64,000 nt of DNA from Phoronis australis (Eukaryota; Animalia; Phoronida). The stretch spans positions 33,648-97,647 of the forward strand of contig NMRA01000509.1 of NCBI GenBank assembly GCA_002633005.1, read 5' to 3'. Below are positions 62,956 through 64,000 of this stretch, piece after piece. Numbering within the stretch: the first letter of the stretch is position 1; each line of letters begins with the position of its first letter. The notes beneath the pieces are model-generated. The model saw nothing but the letters and a program-made list of their open reading frames with translations. It made no database searches and was not told the DNA's origin. The position numbers were made by a program, and so were the translations under genes.

Positions 62956-63040
62956 CATTCCAATACGGGCCAGAAACGACTTCCCGTATTGGAATGATGA
63001 CGTCATTCCAATACGGGCCAGATTCCAATACGGGTCGGAG
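62956..63040. repeat. Cluster of four ATTCCAATACGGG motifs in direct and inverted orientation; probable transposon terminus
   Basis: Copies at about 62957, 62983 (inverted), 63005 and 63022. Located about 300 bp upstream of the putative integrase first exon. Confidence 0.7.
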
Positions 63041-64000
63041 CAATTGTACTTTGAAAATATCGACTTCAGCGCACGCAATCGCAATTCCCCACACGGAGTC
63101 ACGGGTATTTAAGCTTTTCCGTCGATGTATAGATGGCGCAGTAATCAAGTCCTCCCTCATTAGCATATCAAATTTGCATGCTGTAAATGGGAGTTTTCGA
63201 GATTCTCGTCAGTTGTTACATTGAAATGGCATAGTTATAACGGGAGTTTGTGACAAAAGAATTTCATTGTGACGGATTTTATCCAGCAAGGAAACTTCGG
63301 TGGGACACGTTTGTGTCGGCTCCGTTTAGTGAAGTAATATTTGAGGAAGTGTCCGGCCTCCTCCATGAACTATTAAAGCGGAATATTGCGGATCGAATCG
63401 CCAGGAAACGGGTGGCGAAGAGCGAGGCCGACGTAGTGTTTCGCGCACTGAGTGAGGTCATGCTCTGCGTGAAAGTTCACAGAAAATTTAATCGGCCATA
63501 TCATATGGTGCTACCACAATTGGACTTGAGGAGTAAACATGACACTGACTTGCAACGCAGTGCAGTGTGCAATGCTACTTTTTGTATATGCACCGCGAGT
63601 CCTCTGGCTTCGTCACCGTGTCCTCCTACAGCAGCCACTACAAGCACTGAAAGCACCAGTGTCGCAAGTAGACGGAATCTTTTCCCGGCCCCAGTTTAAT
63701 AAGTCGTACCTCTAGACTCCCACCCCAGCCTCATTTGATATGGGGGTTTACACGTACTGGCAGGTGGTTGTATTAGAGAGATGTTCCGTAGATACAAGAA
63801 CAGGGGTGATGCATTATACATGTATAGTCCGATTACCTCTCGTCGTCAGTCTCCAAAGGTCGTCCGCCATCTTGTTTCGCGTGCAGCGCTGCCACGCGGG
63901 ACTTAGCGTTCCAATTTGGAACGCTTGTCTGCACGTTAGGTACTAACCTCTCGGGAGAAACACGCGTGGAAGAACTGAGACTAAAATTAATGCATTTACC

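Overview
Eukaryotic, not prokaryotic, DNA: a gapped draft-assembly scaffold of an invertebrate animal, probably a lophotrochozoan (inferred from the perlucin-like lectins and repeat content). Three host genes are supportable. One is a + strand gene whose large terminal exon (about 20691-23026) encodes a Pro-rich region, a CARD-like death-fold domain and RI-type LRRs, with no NACHT domain. The other two are tandem, three-exon, secreted C-type lectin genes on the - strand (A 25733-30545, B 39445-46139). They differ at the sugar-specificity motif (EPG vs QPN) and share a conserved STAT-type site upstream. From about 26.7 kb to the end the window is packed with decayed, partly nested cut-and-paste transposons: pogo/Tigger with OTU and PHD cargo, Kolobok with THAP and a P2X7-ballast-like ORF, Academ, a Ginger/KRBA2-like integrase, Sola3, hAT with its MITEs, and a THAP/ISL2EU-like element. 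The most striking window-wide signal is a recurrent TA->TACATGTA 6-bp insertion, visible in paired comparisons of duplicated sequence and frame-preserving inside ORFs. All family calls come from motif recognition by eye; no database search was run.
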